Source: a virus
Taxonomy: Duplodnaviria; Caudoviricetes
Virus record (IMG/VR): IMGVR_UViG_3300032038_000037
Coordinates: 1 to 64,000 of that record
Direction: 5' to 3' (one strand)
Length of the DNA stretch: 64,000 nucleotides
The notes under the pieces are model-generated. The model was not told the DNA's origin and made no database searches. It worked only from the letters and a program-made list of their open reading frames with translations. A program made the translations under genes and the position numbers. Below are positions 26,028-36,900 of the stretch, in pieces. Positions within the stretch are counted from its first letter, which is position 1, and the number at the start of each line of letters is the position of its first letter.

Positions 26028-26546
26028 TCACGAACACTTTTTCACAAAATATGCGATTGGTCCTGTATAAATAAGTTCTTCTGAAATCTCCCACGGATCT
26101 TCGGAATAATCCTGAATTTCTTGAACTTCATGACAACCAATTTTTTCCATCCACATACCATATCTTTTAACTCGAAAATGATAGTCGATATATAACGGTT
26201 CATCTTCGGTTGGTGCATCTGGATTAACGCACATTCTAAAAGCTATAAGCTCTTCATTTCGATTTAAAGAAATATTTTTATTAGTAACTTGCTTTACTTT
26301 AAAATCTTCAAGAATCTGTGCCACATCTCGATCATAAAGTAGTTTTAAAATATCTTCAACACTCCAAGCATTTTCTTCATAAAGCCTGTTACCAAGTTCA
26401 ATATCATCTTCGACAAATCTATCATCAGGACTATACCACTCCTGAATATTAAAAGCAAAGCTTCCACAATTAGTAGAAAAACTATGCTCTTCAAAATAAT
26501 TCGGATCATGATTTGGCGCAAATGACATTGTTATATCCTTTCTCAA
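26028..26546 (-). CDS. Hypothetical protein (TNC..FA / DYHF..W..K.G pattern)
   Basis: ORF; possible Cys-His catalytic pair. Confidence 0.7.
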   Translation of the reverse strand: MRKDITMSFAPNHDPNYFEEHSFSTNCGSFAFNIQEWYSPDDRFVEDDIELGNRLYEENAWSVEDILKLLYDRDVAQILEDFKVKQVTNKNISLNRNEELIAFRMCVNPDAPTEDEPLYIDYHFRVKRYGMWMEKIGCHEVQEIQDYSEDPWEISEELIYTGPIAYFVKKCS

Positions 26547-26817
26547 ACTTATTATTCAATAGTTCTACAAAAAGTTTTACGTCCTCGGTAATAGGTAAGT
26601 GGACTGAAGCATAACGCGCTCCATTTTTTCGAGAAACTTTCGCACCTAAACATTCCTTACTAAAAGTAAGATATTCTTCATAAGTCATTCCCACTAAAGC
26701 TGCTTCAAGAAAATGGAAAGACGTATGAAGTGGCGGCATTTTAATTTCATCGAAGTGATTACATATTAATCCATAACCTTGATGCCATGGGAGTTCGTCT
26801 AAATAAAAAGCTGTCAT
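26506..26817 (-). CDS. Hypothetical protein
   Basis: Overlapping operon ORF. Confidence 0.7.
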   Translation of the reverse strand: MTAFYLDELPWHQGYGLICNHFDEIKMPPLHTSFHFLEAALVGMTYEEYLTFSKECLGAKVSRKNGARYASVHLPITEDVKLFVELLNNKFEKGYNNVICAKS

Positions 26818-27059
26818 AGGTTACACCTTCTTAAAAAATCTTGCTCCCAAGTAGAAATATTAATAATAGGAACCTCATCTAATGCTTCCCAATCAATCTC
26901 TTTTAATTTCTGGCATACCTTTTGAGATACATAATCTGGATCAATGTAGCGTTTTACCGTAGAAGGCGCGCGGCCGACTTCTTTAGCAACCGCAGCATAT
27001 GTATGATATTCAAGATAGAGTTCATTCATTTTAATGATTTCATCTTGAGTTACTCTCAT
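26814..27059 (-). CDS. Small HTH protein
   Basis: TYAAVAKEVGRAPSTVKRY HTH. Confidence 0.7.
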   Translation of the reverse strand: MRVTQDEIIKMNELYLEYHTYAAVAKEVGRAPSTVKRYIDPDYVSQKVCQKLKEIDWEALDEVPIINISTWEQDFLRRCNL

Positions 27060-27428
27060 TTACTCATTCTCCATTAACCACAAAGCTGTTTTCGGCCAGT
27101 ATGTCTTTGCATCCCAATTACATTGATCATCCCAGCACCAACACTCGATGCCCTCATCTGTACCTTCAATAAGAAGAACTGGAGTTGCCCAAACAGAAGA
27201 AAGATAAGTGTAAGTATCTTCATCAAAAATAGGACTACCATTTCTTAAAATGATATCACCTGTGTAATCCCAATCTTCTGCAAGACCTGCACTAGCATTT
27301 TTAATATTATGCTTTTTAATAATACGTACTGCTTTATGCCAATCAAACACTTTTGTTCGACTGTTTTCGTTTCTTTTTGCAGTAGCCATTTTAAAAATCA
27401 TATCTGAATCTAAATTTGTAATTTGCAT
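27060..27428 (-). CDS. Hypothetical phage protein
   Basis: Promoter and AGGAG RBS. Confidence 0.75.
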   Translation of the reverse strand: MQITNLDSDMIFKMATAKRNENSRTKVFDWHKAVRIIKKHNIKNASAGLAEDWDYTGDIILRNGSPIFDEDTYTYLSSVWATPVLLIEGTDEGIECWCWDDQCNWDAKTYWPKTALWLMENE

Positions 27429-27647
27429 AAAATCTCTCCTTTCTTTTTCTATATATATTATATTAGTTTTTTATTAAAAAATCAAAATTTATTTTCTTTC
27501 AAAATTCCTTCCTTTTTAATTACGCGCGTGCGCACGTATGATTCTACCATATTTTCATTTTAAAATCAAATTAGAAATTCATCAAAAATTTTGATTTCTT
27601 CTAAAAATTTTAGTATAATATATATAGAATAAAAGGAGGATATTTAT

Positions 27648-28064
27648 ATGGAACTAGATTACAAGTTGTTTGATCAAGTGACAGGTACTTTTTTAGTTAA
27701 TCTTATGGTAGAAGATCAACGTAATAATGGAATCGTACTTTCACCATTTAATCCAAACAATATAGATCATTTATATGCTTTTGAAGTAGCTTTAATTTTA
27801 AGCAATTCTACTCAAAAAGAATTTTATTTAGATATGGGAATTTATAATTATTGGAAGTTTAGACTTAAAAATTGGTCAGTAAGAAAAAGTTTTAAAAGAT
27901 ATAACGATACAGTTCCTGTATTTAAAATGGAATTAGATAAAATTTTAGACTTTATGAAGAAAAGTTTAGAATTAAAAGACGATACCTATGAACAAATTTA
28001 TAAGGAGTATTATAAAGTAGGCAATGAAAATAGAAGCATATACAGATGGAAGCACAAAAAATAA
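27648..28064 (+). CDS. Hypothetical protein
   Basis: Promoter 27591-27619 and AGGAGG RBS. Confidence 0.75.
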   Translation: MELDYKLFDQVTGTFLVNLMVEDQRNNGIVLSPFNPNNIDHLYAFEVALILSNSTQKEFYLDMGIYNYWKFRLKNWSVRKSFKRYNDTVPVFKMELDKILDFMKKSLELKDDTYEQIYKEYYKVGNENRSIYRWKHKK

Positions 28065-28503
28065 TGGTCGAGCTGGAGCCGTTGGCGGCTGGGCTTATGC
28101 AGTGATTGAGAAAGATATTATTCATGTTGATTTTAATTATGCTTATGATGTGACTAATCAACGTATGGAATTATATGCAGCAATAAAAGCTTGCGAATTT
28201 CTTGACAAAAACTACGGTGGCTTTGATTCTTTTACTATCTATAGTGATAGTGCCTATTTAATTAATTGTGCTAATGATAAATGGTACAATAGATGGTTAG
28301 AGAATGACTGGAAAAGTTTTACTAATAAACCAATTGGAAATAAAGACCTTTGGATACGCTTAATTCCATTCTTTGAGGACTATCGTTTTACTTTTATTAA
28401 AGTAAAAGGTCATTCTGATGTTGAGTTTAATAATTTTGTTGATGGACTAGCACAAAGTGCAGCAGAAAAAGGGAGAAAAGAATTTGAAAGTAATAGTAAT
28501 TAA
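28024..28503 (+). CDS. rnhA: Ribonuclease HI
   Basis: YTDGS, TNQRMEL.A, YSDSAY, NKDLW, KVKGHS, N..VD.LA. Confidence 0.95.
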   Translation: MKIEAYTDGSTKNNGRAGAVGGWAYAVIEKDIIHVDFNYAYDVTNQRMELYAAIKACEFLDKNYGGFDSFTIYSDSAYLINCANDKWYNRWLENDWKSFTNKPIGNKDLWIRLIPFFEDYRFTFIKVKGHSDVEFNNFVDGLAQSAAEKGRKEFESNSN

Positions 28504-29008
28504 TGGACAGGGCGGCATTGGTAAGAATACATTCGTAGGATATTGTATAAAAGCACACGAAGATACTCGATCAATCTCGTTAGTTAATGAAATTAAATAT
28601 GTAGCTAAAATTCTCGGTTGGAAAGGTGATAAAACGAAGAAAGATAGGAAGTTTCTCAATGATTTAAAACGACTTACAGCTAAATATAATAATTTCCCAT
28701 TTGAATCTGTTGCTTTAAATATTAGTAATATTCTGGAACAGTATAAAGAAGCTGGAAAATCGACTGAAGATTTGGTTATTTTTATTCATGCCCGTGAACC
28801 AGAAGATATACATTATTTAGTAAATAAATATGATGCAAAAACATTGTTAATTAGGAAAAGTGGCTTAGCTAAGAAATATGGAAATCCAGCAGACGATAAA
28901 GTTTTTGATATTGATTATGATTATATTGCTTATAATGATGCGAACTTAGAAGAATTAGAAATTGAAGCAGAAAAATTTATGGGAAAAATATTAGGACAGG
29001 ATAAGTAA
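28484..29008 (+). CDS. P-loop nucleotide kinase (dNMP kinase-like)
   Basis: INGQGGIGKNT Walker A, LGW.G.K...DRKFL, HAREP. Confidence 0.7.
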   Translation: MKVIVINGQGGIGKNTFVGYCIKAHEDTRSISLVNEIKYVAKILGWKGDKTKKDRKFLNDLKRLTAKYNNFPFESVALNISNILEQYKEAGKSTEDLVIFIHAREPEDIHYLVNKYDAKTLLIRKSGLAKKYGNPADDKVFDIDYDYIAYNDANLEELEIEAEKFMGKILGQDK

Positions 29009-30115
29009 ATGGAAAAATATATTGATGGAATTAATTTTTTTGAACTTGAAGCCGAAAAATATTTCGCGCCTCCTTCAAGTTGGAGCCAAGAAAAGAAAGA
29101 AGAGTGGGCGCGCACCCGTATTTTTAGTGGAGAGTGGTGGGGAGCACAGAAACGTGATGGGGCATTTTTCATGTTCTTAAAAGATGAGGACGGTAATATG
29201 TTTTTACGACCTCGCGCTCGCAACGTAAAGAAAGAATTTGTAAATAAAATTGATTGGGTTCCTCATTTACATGAGTTTTTTGAGAGTTTACCAAATGGAG
29301 TTTGTTTTCTTGGAGAAATTTACTTACCTTCAAACGAACAAGCTAAGTCAACGACCTCAATTATGAATTGCTTAGTAAGCAAAGCAATTAAGCGACAAGA
29401 AAAAGAACCATTACATTATTATATTTTTGACATTCTTGCGGATGCAGGTGAATCTTATTTAAATATGAAAGCTATTGATCGCTTTTTATCTTTAGGAGAT
29501 TATAGTAAAAAATATAATAACGATTGTGTTGAATGGGCGCATTATGTGAATGGAAAGGAATTATGGACAACAATTCAAAATTTACTTGCTGATGGATATG
29601 AAGGTGTTGTTATTACACGAGATGAATCCCATTACTTACCTGGTAAAAGAACTAATAAGGATACGCTTAAGATTAAGAAGGAGCTTCAAGATACGCTCGA
29701 TTGTATTATAATTGGTGCAAATCCTCCTACAAAAATTTATGAAGGTAAGGAAATTCAAGTTTGGAACTATTGGTATAATGAGCAGACAGATGAGAAAATA
29801 AATAAGCCTTTATATAAAGATTATGTAGACGGCGCGCCTGTGATTCCAGTAACGAAAAACTGGTTCTATGGTTGGGCAGGATCGTTAAAACTGGGATTAT
29901 ATGATAATGATAAAATTGTCCATATTGGAAACCTCAGTGGAATAACTGAAAAAATTAAAGAACACTGGAAAGACTATGTTGGAGCTGTTGCAGAAGTAAT
30001 TGCAATGGAAATTATGGATAATGCACAGGGCGGCCGAGGTATACGGCATCCGAAGTTTAAAGGGTTTAGAGTTGATAAAGACCCGAGAGATTGTACAATT
30101 AATCAGCTTAAATAA
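29009..30115 (+). CDS. ATP-dependent DNA ligase
   Basis: QKRDG motif I, FLGEIY, YIFDIL, YEGVV, LKIK, IRHPKF. Confidence 0.9.
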   Translation: MEKYIDGINFFELEAEKYFAPPSSWSQEKKEEWARTRIFSGEWWGAQKRDGAFFMFLKDEDGNMFLRPRARNVKKEFVNKIDWVPHLHEFFESLPNGVCFLGEIYLPSNEQAKSTTSIMNCLVSKAIKRQEKEPLHYYIFDILADAGESYLNMKAIDRFLSLGDYSKKYNNDCVEWAHYVNGKELWTTIQNLLADGYEGVVITRDESHYLPGKRTNKDTLKIKKELQDTLDCIIIGANPPTKIYEGKEIQVWNYWYNEQTDEKINKPLYKDYVDGAPVIPVTKNWFYGWAGSLKLGLYDNDKIVHIGNLSGITEKIKEHWKDYVGAVAEVIAMEIMDNAQGGRGIRHPKFKGFRVDKDPRDCTINQLK

Positions 30116-30148
30116 AAAAAGAGCCTTTTTAAAAGGCTCTTTTATTTT
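30115..30148. terminator. Bidirectional terminator
   Basis: AAAAAGAGCCTTTT-T-AAAAGGCTCTTTT between convergent genes. Confidence 0.8.
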
Positions 30149-30154
30149 ATATTT

Positions 30155-33100
30155 TTATGAGGTTTTTCCAGTTGCTATAATAAAGTTCACAACTCTAAAA
30201 GGTGGCATATTATTATGTGAATCACCAGATCCAAATGAATATGTTGCTCTTTGATATGGTCGTCCAGATTCTCCTGCTCCCGCACCAGTTCCAGTTGATG
30301 ATAATGTTGTTGTACTAAAATGACCTCCTGTAGATACGACAGGGTAACTAGAACTACCTACTGCACGCAAATTAATATAGCCAGATATACTTGGTAATTC
30401 AGCTTCTTTTAATGTGACCTCTTCTACTCCACCCGTTCCATTACCTAATTCACGATCGCTTACAATAGAACTTTCGCCATTTGGTAAATCATCAGTATTA
30501 GCTCCAAGTGGAAAACGTCCTCTTAAATCTGGTAAGTTAAAGGTATTATATCCATCTCCCGCGCCATATGTTGTTTCAATTACAGCAAATAATTCAGCAT
30601 AAGTTACTCGCGATACTTCTGAACCATCACATAATAACCAACCTGATGGTGGTGTTGATCCCGCAAACATTTGAATCATACCAGCCATACCTAATGTCAT
30701 TAAATTACCAGACCAATCAATAGTAAGGGCATTTGAGCGTGCATTTGATGTGCCATTACCAATAATAAAAGCATAATCACCTCTTTCAAGTCTTTTAGAA
30801 TCTTCTGAACCTGAAATTAATATAGTCCCCGTATCTGGTTTATTATATTCTCCAATTACCATTTGTGAAGCTCTTTGCGCTATTGTATGGTAGCCACCCG
30901 CATGAGAATTAGATCCCATTGATTGCGTTTCTCTACCTTCTGCATGACCATGGTATGCCATTGTACCATATCCTTCTGCATGAGCACAACGGCCAAGAGT
31001 TCTACAGAAAATACCTTCGGTATGAGAATCTGTCCCAGCTGCAACTGTTTCCTCCCCTTCAGCTATAGAATATCCTCCTATTGAGAACATCCAATGATTT
31101 TGATTCCAAGTTTCTGGAGTATCAATTGCTGTCTTACAAATATAAATTTTATTATCATATTTACAAAGGTCGCCAATTGCATATGTTCGAGTCTGATCAT
31201 ATACATCTGCTGTTTCTTTTCTTACTCCAAAAGTATAATATGGAGCAATATTACGATCGGAATATACTGCTTCACCATATCCAAGGGTAGCTATTTGCCT
31301 TGTACCAGTATTATTATATAACTTTAATCCATTAGTGTCTAATTCTAAAACATTCCTTCTTTGATTATCATTATCGCCTGAACCTATAACAAAATATGCG
31401 TTATCTATTGTTTTATTATATCGTCCAATTAAAAGTTGATAATTATTTAAATCAACAGTCATTCTGCTTTCATAATAATTATTTTCAGCAGGGTTTCCAG
31501 TAGGATTGTTTACAACAATATATTCATCATTTTGCTCTATATAATAAGTCTTACTATTATCTACTGTTGTGTCTTTTGATAAAAAGAACTCTTGTATTTC
31601 TGGTGGCTGCAATCCTTCTCCAATACTAACCGGAAAAGCTATATCAAAACCATTTCTTTCAGAAAACTTTCCTATTGCAATTCCCTTACCTCCTGCGCGG
31701 AAGTCAAGTAGAGCATAGGCTTGAGAAATAGAAATGATTTGACTTACTTTTTTAGAATAAGTAATTGAACCTTCTGTCTCAGGATCGTAATCATCACCAG
31801 TAAAATTGTATGAGATTTCCATTAAATACTGATGAGCTTTTTCCTCATCAAATTCAGAAGGTGATAAAATCAGTGTATAAACATTGCCCTCTTGTTGCCA
31901 CTGTCCTTGTATTTCAATATCATTTTCTTTAACAGTATAAGTAGTACTTTCATAAGTAAGTTCATCAGAAAGATTAGATATTACAGAACTATCTCCCACA
32001 TCACAAATAAAACGCATGAAAATTCCACTTTCATCGTCTTTCCATTCGTTATTTTCTATATTTCCTCTTGAAGCTTGTAATGTATAGGTAGGTAAAGAAA
32101 CTTGATTTACATTATAAAAAACTTTACTATTATATCGTGCTACGTCTTCCCAAGAAGTATTTGATTGAGTTGGGTCTATAATATAAAAATTATTAACTAT
32201 ATTATTAAAAGGACTAACTGTTGAAGTAAGAGTTTCATTACCAACAATTAAATTAATCGAAGGTAAATTTTTACAATTATAGAAACTATAAGCTATATTT
32301 GTAACGGAGTCTAAAAATAACTTCGTAGTATATAAATTTCTTAAAGAATAACAATTATAAAACATAGAACTTATATCAGTAGCATTACTCATATTAAAAT
32401 TTGATAGGTCAAGTAAACTTAATGAAGTACAACTACGAAACATAGAACCCATATTTGTAACATTATCTGTGTCAAATTGTGATATGTTGAGTGAAGTAAT
32501 ATTACAGAAAGCAAACATATAACTCATATTATTTACACTACTTGTATCAAAATTTGATAGATCAAGCGAAGGTAATGACATACAACCACGAAACATAGAA
32601 CCCATATTAGTAACTTTACTTGTATCAAATTGTGATAGTAAGTTAATTGAAATTAACGTACCACAACCATTAAACATACAACTCATATTAGTAACATTAC
32701 TTGTATCAAAATTTGATAGATCAAGAGAACTTAATGACTGACAATTTTCAAACATATGTTCCATATTATCTACTTTACCTGTATCAAAACTTAATAAATC
32801 AAGCTGAGAAAAACGTGTATATGCGAACATATAACTCATATCTTTAACATTGCTTGTATCAAAACTTGATAAGTCAAGTGAGTTTAATAACCTACAATTT
32901 TCAAACATATGTGCCATATTAATTACATTACTTGTATCAAAATTTGATAAATCAAGTGAAGTTAATGACATACAACCACGAAACATAAAACCCATATTAA
33001 TAACGTTACTTGTATCAAAATTTGATAAATCAAGTGAAGTTAATGAGCCACAATTTTGAAACATTCCATATGCTGTTTTTGGTTTAAAAAGATTTATTAT

Positions 33101-33937
33101 ATTTACTGATTGAACAAGATGATTATAAGTATACCATTTTGGACTAATACTACCAACTCTATCTTCTATTCCTGTCCAATAAATTATATTATCAATAGTT
33201 TCTCCATCAGTATATTTATCTTCTACATCCCTAAAAATTCTTAATTCTCTAGTATTATTATTAAAAGAAGCATAGCAAGGAAGAGAATTTATATCTGTAA
33301 AATATCCTGGATTAGATACACCCTCATCTATATGGGCATAATCTGATCCTATATTATTTGAATTATATGTCGTATTTTGTCCTCCAACTAATTGTCTACA
33401 CTCATAAAACATAGTTTGAGTAGAAGGTAATAATGCAGTTGTCCATAAAGGACCAACAATAATAGTTTTTAAAAATAAGCAGTTATAAAACATATTTTGC
33501 ATGTTAGTAACTTTATTTGTATTAAAATTTGATATATTGAGTGATTTTAAATTGGCGCAGCCTCTAAACATCTGACTCATATTAGTAACGTTATGTGTAT
33601 CAAAATTTGATAAATCTAATGATTGTATTGCTGTTAGCTTAGAAAACATAGCAACCATACTAGTAACATTAGTAGTATCAAAATTCGACACGTCAATAGA
33701 AGTTATAGAACTATTCTCACCAATTACTGATTGAAACATACCACTAGCATTATTGCCACTTGCCCACGAAATATGACCACTGCTAATTGTCGTAACATAG
33801 TTAAGATATGGTATCCAAGTCCAATCTGTGTAATCAACTTTACTATGACTAATAACACCTTCACCTATATATAAATGTCCTTGATCATCAATTGTCCATT
33901 GACAAGTTCCTTGTACCCCACTATATCTTATAGCCAT
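30155..33937 (-). CDS. Tail fibre/adhesin with BspA/DUF285-type LRR repeats, HAEG repeats and C-terminal tail-collar domain
   Basis: Repeated LDLSNFDTSNV.NM..MF..C; GMIQMFAG..PPSGWLLCDG...FNLPDLRGRFP...HNNMPPF. Confidence 0.85.
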   Translation of the reverse strand: MAIRYSGVQGTCQWTIDDQGHLYIGEGVISHSKVDYTDWTWIPYLNYVTTISSGHISWASGNNASGMFQSVIGENSSITSIDVSNFDTTNVTSMVAMFSKLTAIQSLDLSNFDTHNVTNMSQMFRGCANLKSLNISNFNTNKVTNMQNMFYNCLFLKTIIVGPLWTTALLPSTQTMFYECRQLVGGQNTTYNSNNIGSDYAHIDEGVSNPGYFTDINSLPCYASFNNNTRELRIFRDVEDKYTDGETIDNIIYWTGIEDRVGSISPKWYTYNHLVQSVNIINLFKPKTAYGMFQNCGSLTSLDLSNFDTSNVINMGFMFRGCMSLTSLDLSNFDTSNVINMAHMFENCRLLNSLDLSSFDTSNVKDMSYMFAYTRFSQLDLLSFDTGKVDNMEHMFENCQSLSSLDLSNFDTSNVTNMSCMFNGCGTLISINLLSQFDTSKVTNMGSMFRGCMSLPSLDLSNFDTSSVNNMSYMFAFCNITSLNISQFDTDNVTNMGSMFRSCTSLSLLDLSNFNMSNATDISSMFYNCYSLRNLYTTKLFLDSVTNIAYSFYNCKNLPSINLIVGNETLTSTVSPFNNIVNNFYIIDPTQSNTSWEDVARYNSKVFYNVNQVSLPTYTLQASRGNIENNEWKDDESGIFMRFICDVGDSSVISNLSDELTYESTTYTVKENDIEIQGQWQQEGNVYTLILSPSEFDEEKAHQYLMEISYNFTGDDYDPETEGSITYSKKVSQIISISQAYALLDFRAGGKGIAIGKFSERNGFDIAFPVSIGEGLQPPEIQEFFLSKDTTVDNSKTYYIEQNDEYIVVNNPTGNPAENNYYESRMTVDLNNYQLLIGRYNKTIDNAYFVIGSGDNDNQRRNVLELDTNGLKLYNNTGTRQIATLGYGEAVYSDRNIAPYYTFGVRKETADVYDQTRTYAIGDLCKYDNKIYICKTAIDTPETWNQNHWMFSIGGYSIAEGEETVAAGTDSHTEGIFCRTLGRCAHAEGYGTMAYHGHAEGRETQSMGSNSHAGGYHTIAQRASQMVIGEYNKPDTGTILISGSEDSKRLERGDYAFIIGNGTSNARSNALTIDWSGNLMTLGMAGMIQMFAGSTPPSGWLLCDGSEVSRVTYAELFAVIETTYGAGDGYNTFNLPDLRGRFPLGANTDDLPNGESSIVSDRELGNGTGGVEEVTLKEAELPSISGYINLRAVGSSSYPVVSTGGHFSTTTLSSTGTGAGAGESGRPYQRATYSFGSGDSHNNMPPFRVVNFIIATGKTS
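32330..33065 (-). repeat. Tandem 78-nt coding repeats (LRR units)
   Basis: Near-identical CTTGTATCAAAATTTGATA... units. Confidence 0.85.
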
Positions 33938-36900
33938 TACTCATCTCCTCCTAACCATACCAATCTTAAATTATCATTTGATGCTCTGCGCCATGCCCAT
34001 AATGGAACTGGTCCATCTTCAGTTTCTTTTTCGCCTACTTCCATTTCATTTAATACAACTGAATATGGTATGTATAATTTGTTATTAGATAAAAACGCTG
34101 TTTTATTATCTCCATACCAAAAACCAATTTCTTCATCAGTAACATGAATATGATTCTTAATTGGATCACCAATTATCATATCTTTAGTATTGATTTTATC
34201 TGAATTAATAACAACGCCTTCGTCAGTAGTAGTATTTATAATATTAACTATTCTATTACCATCATTTAAAGCAATATCAATTGAACTACCAACTATATCA
34301 AAATGCTTACCTATACTTTCTATATAATAATAAGTCTTTTCACTAATAACTTCAAAATCTTCGGTTTTAATATATATTCCATCTACAAATTCATAATATT
34401 CATTCTCAGCTGGAGAACCAGTTGGATTTTCAACTACTTTATATGTCGGTGCGGTATAAAAAGCTAAATATTGTTCTTCATCACCTAAATATATGTTATC
34501 AGTATATATACCTTGTTGTTCTTTGAGGTTTTCATAAACCAACTCATTAACAGCTTTTTTCTGATTTGTATAGCCCTTACCTTGAGTAAGTACATCTGCA
34601 CTAGGTAAAGTACCAAATACCCCTCTAATTGCATAATGTACTTTAATTCCACTCTCATCTTCAGGTTCAATTTGAGATTCAAATAAACTAATCGCGCGAG
34701 CTGGTAAATTCACTGCACTATCAGAACTATTAATTCCAATTCCATAATTTTCTGTAAGTGGTCCCCAAGGAGCATCTACACCAATCTTAGACTGCCCAAT
34801 TTTAGCCTTGTTAATTCTAGCGGCAGCTCTTTTATCACACGGATAATTTGCAAAACTAATCAGCGCGCCGCCCTCTAAAGAATCAACCTCATATTGTATA
34901 TTAGGAGTTTCAGTAATGGTAACCGCATACAATCCATTTTCATTATAAAGAGCATGGTCTTCACCAACATAAATTAAAGTTTGTGAAGAATTACCAAATT
35001 GAATTATTAAATAATTTTCTTCAGTATTAAATTCTTCTTCATGATTCCATAAAGACAAATTACCTAAATAAGTAATAGTAGAAATATTATTATCATTATT
35101 ATCTAATGACATAATAGTAGTTGGAACTCCAAAAGCAACAAAAGTTGATAAATCATCGTCTCCTTCTGGCTCATCTTCCTCATCATTTAATTCTTCTAAA
35201 ATTTCTTCTTCAAGTTCTTCATCTTCATCTGTAGTTACTATTTCAATTTCATAAATATACTTTTCTGTTAATGGCTCTAACGAACTAGTATCTGCATTTT
35301 GAATTGTTCCTTCATTATTTTGAATATCAATTATAGCAGGAATTTCTTTTATGTCTCCTGAACTATCAATTATATCTTGAAACATCTTCGCTCCACCAGC
35401 TAAAGTTATTACGTCATCATTAATGCTAGTTATTTCAAAAACATTAACCAAACCTGAAGCCGCAAGCGCAGAAGTTGGATCTTCTGAAGTATAATTACTA
35501 ACTTTACACCAGTCCCCAATAGAGAATAATAATGGTTTTTCAACTCTTACTAATAGATCATTAGCATAAATTATTGTTTCTTGATCTATTATATAATATA
35601 ACATTATATCATTTATATTTGGTTCACTTACTCGTCTATACTCAGTACCATTTTTAGTAAAATAATCAATATCATCACCAAACTCATATGTTGATGGCGC
35701 GGGTTCACCCTCTGGAATTAATTTTTGATAAGTATATTGTGAAGTTTGAGAGATAGTAGCTTCCTTAATAGTAGAACTTGGTCTAAATATGAAAATTCCA
35801 CCAACAGCTTCAATTTCTTCATATTCGAATACTGCTGTTTTAATTGCTCCACGTGCGGTAATATTATTAAATATGGCATCTCCACTAGATTTAATTGCCC
35901 AACCTCTTGAAGAATCATCAAAATATGTTGATGAACCTATGGTAGCATCAGTATCAGTACCTTGTAAAACTATTGATTCAGCACCTGAACCAACATTAAC
36001 TGAATCTGTAAAAATACCACCTTTAGCATTAATAATACCTGACATTTCTATATCGCCAGAATCATCAGTTTCAAAAACACTTTCTCCTTTGGAATTCTTA
36101 ATACGAATACCATATTGATAATTACCACTAGTGTCTTGCTCTAATGCGCCAATCTTAATACGCTCTTGGTCATTAGCTACAACTTGAAAATCATTATCAG
36201 AACTAATTGATACATAACCATCTGTATAAGAATTCTTAATGAAAAAACCGTCCCATAATAAACCAAATTGTGCAGTATTCTTAATATCCTCTAATGATTC
36301 AGCTTGGAATTCTTCTCCATCTAATACACCATATAAACCATATTTATCAAAACGTACATAAGTTTTTAAATCAATACCATTAGGACCATAACCATAAGCA
36401 TTTAATCCATATTTGTCCCAACGGAAAGAAGGATTATCACCATCTTTAATTAATACATTCTGTGTATCAATAGTATTAATTGTAAGTCCTTCTGCAGTAA
36501 CAACTGTATCCCAGTTATATCCACCGTCTAGACTTGTTTTTAATCCCGCACCTGCAATTTTCATTTGACGCATTGGATCTAAAATATCTTTTACTATAAT
36601 ACCATCTTCAACGGCAGTAATTGTATTATCTCCCGAAAGCATAAAACCGCCGCCTAATTCGTTTAATGATTTTAATAAAAGACTTGCATTAATAAATCCA
36701 CCTTCATCTAATATGGATGCAGCGCGCGAATATGAAGCAGAATTATATTCAACAGATTGTACAGCTGCAGCCATACGCTGGAATAAATCATCAAATTGTG
36801 TTTTATAATTCTGAATTGTAATTGTATTCTCCGAAGCATCATCTAAATGCCACTCCACTTCAGAAACAACTACTTCTTCTCTAATTGGTGTCTGTATTTT

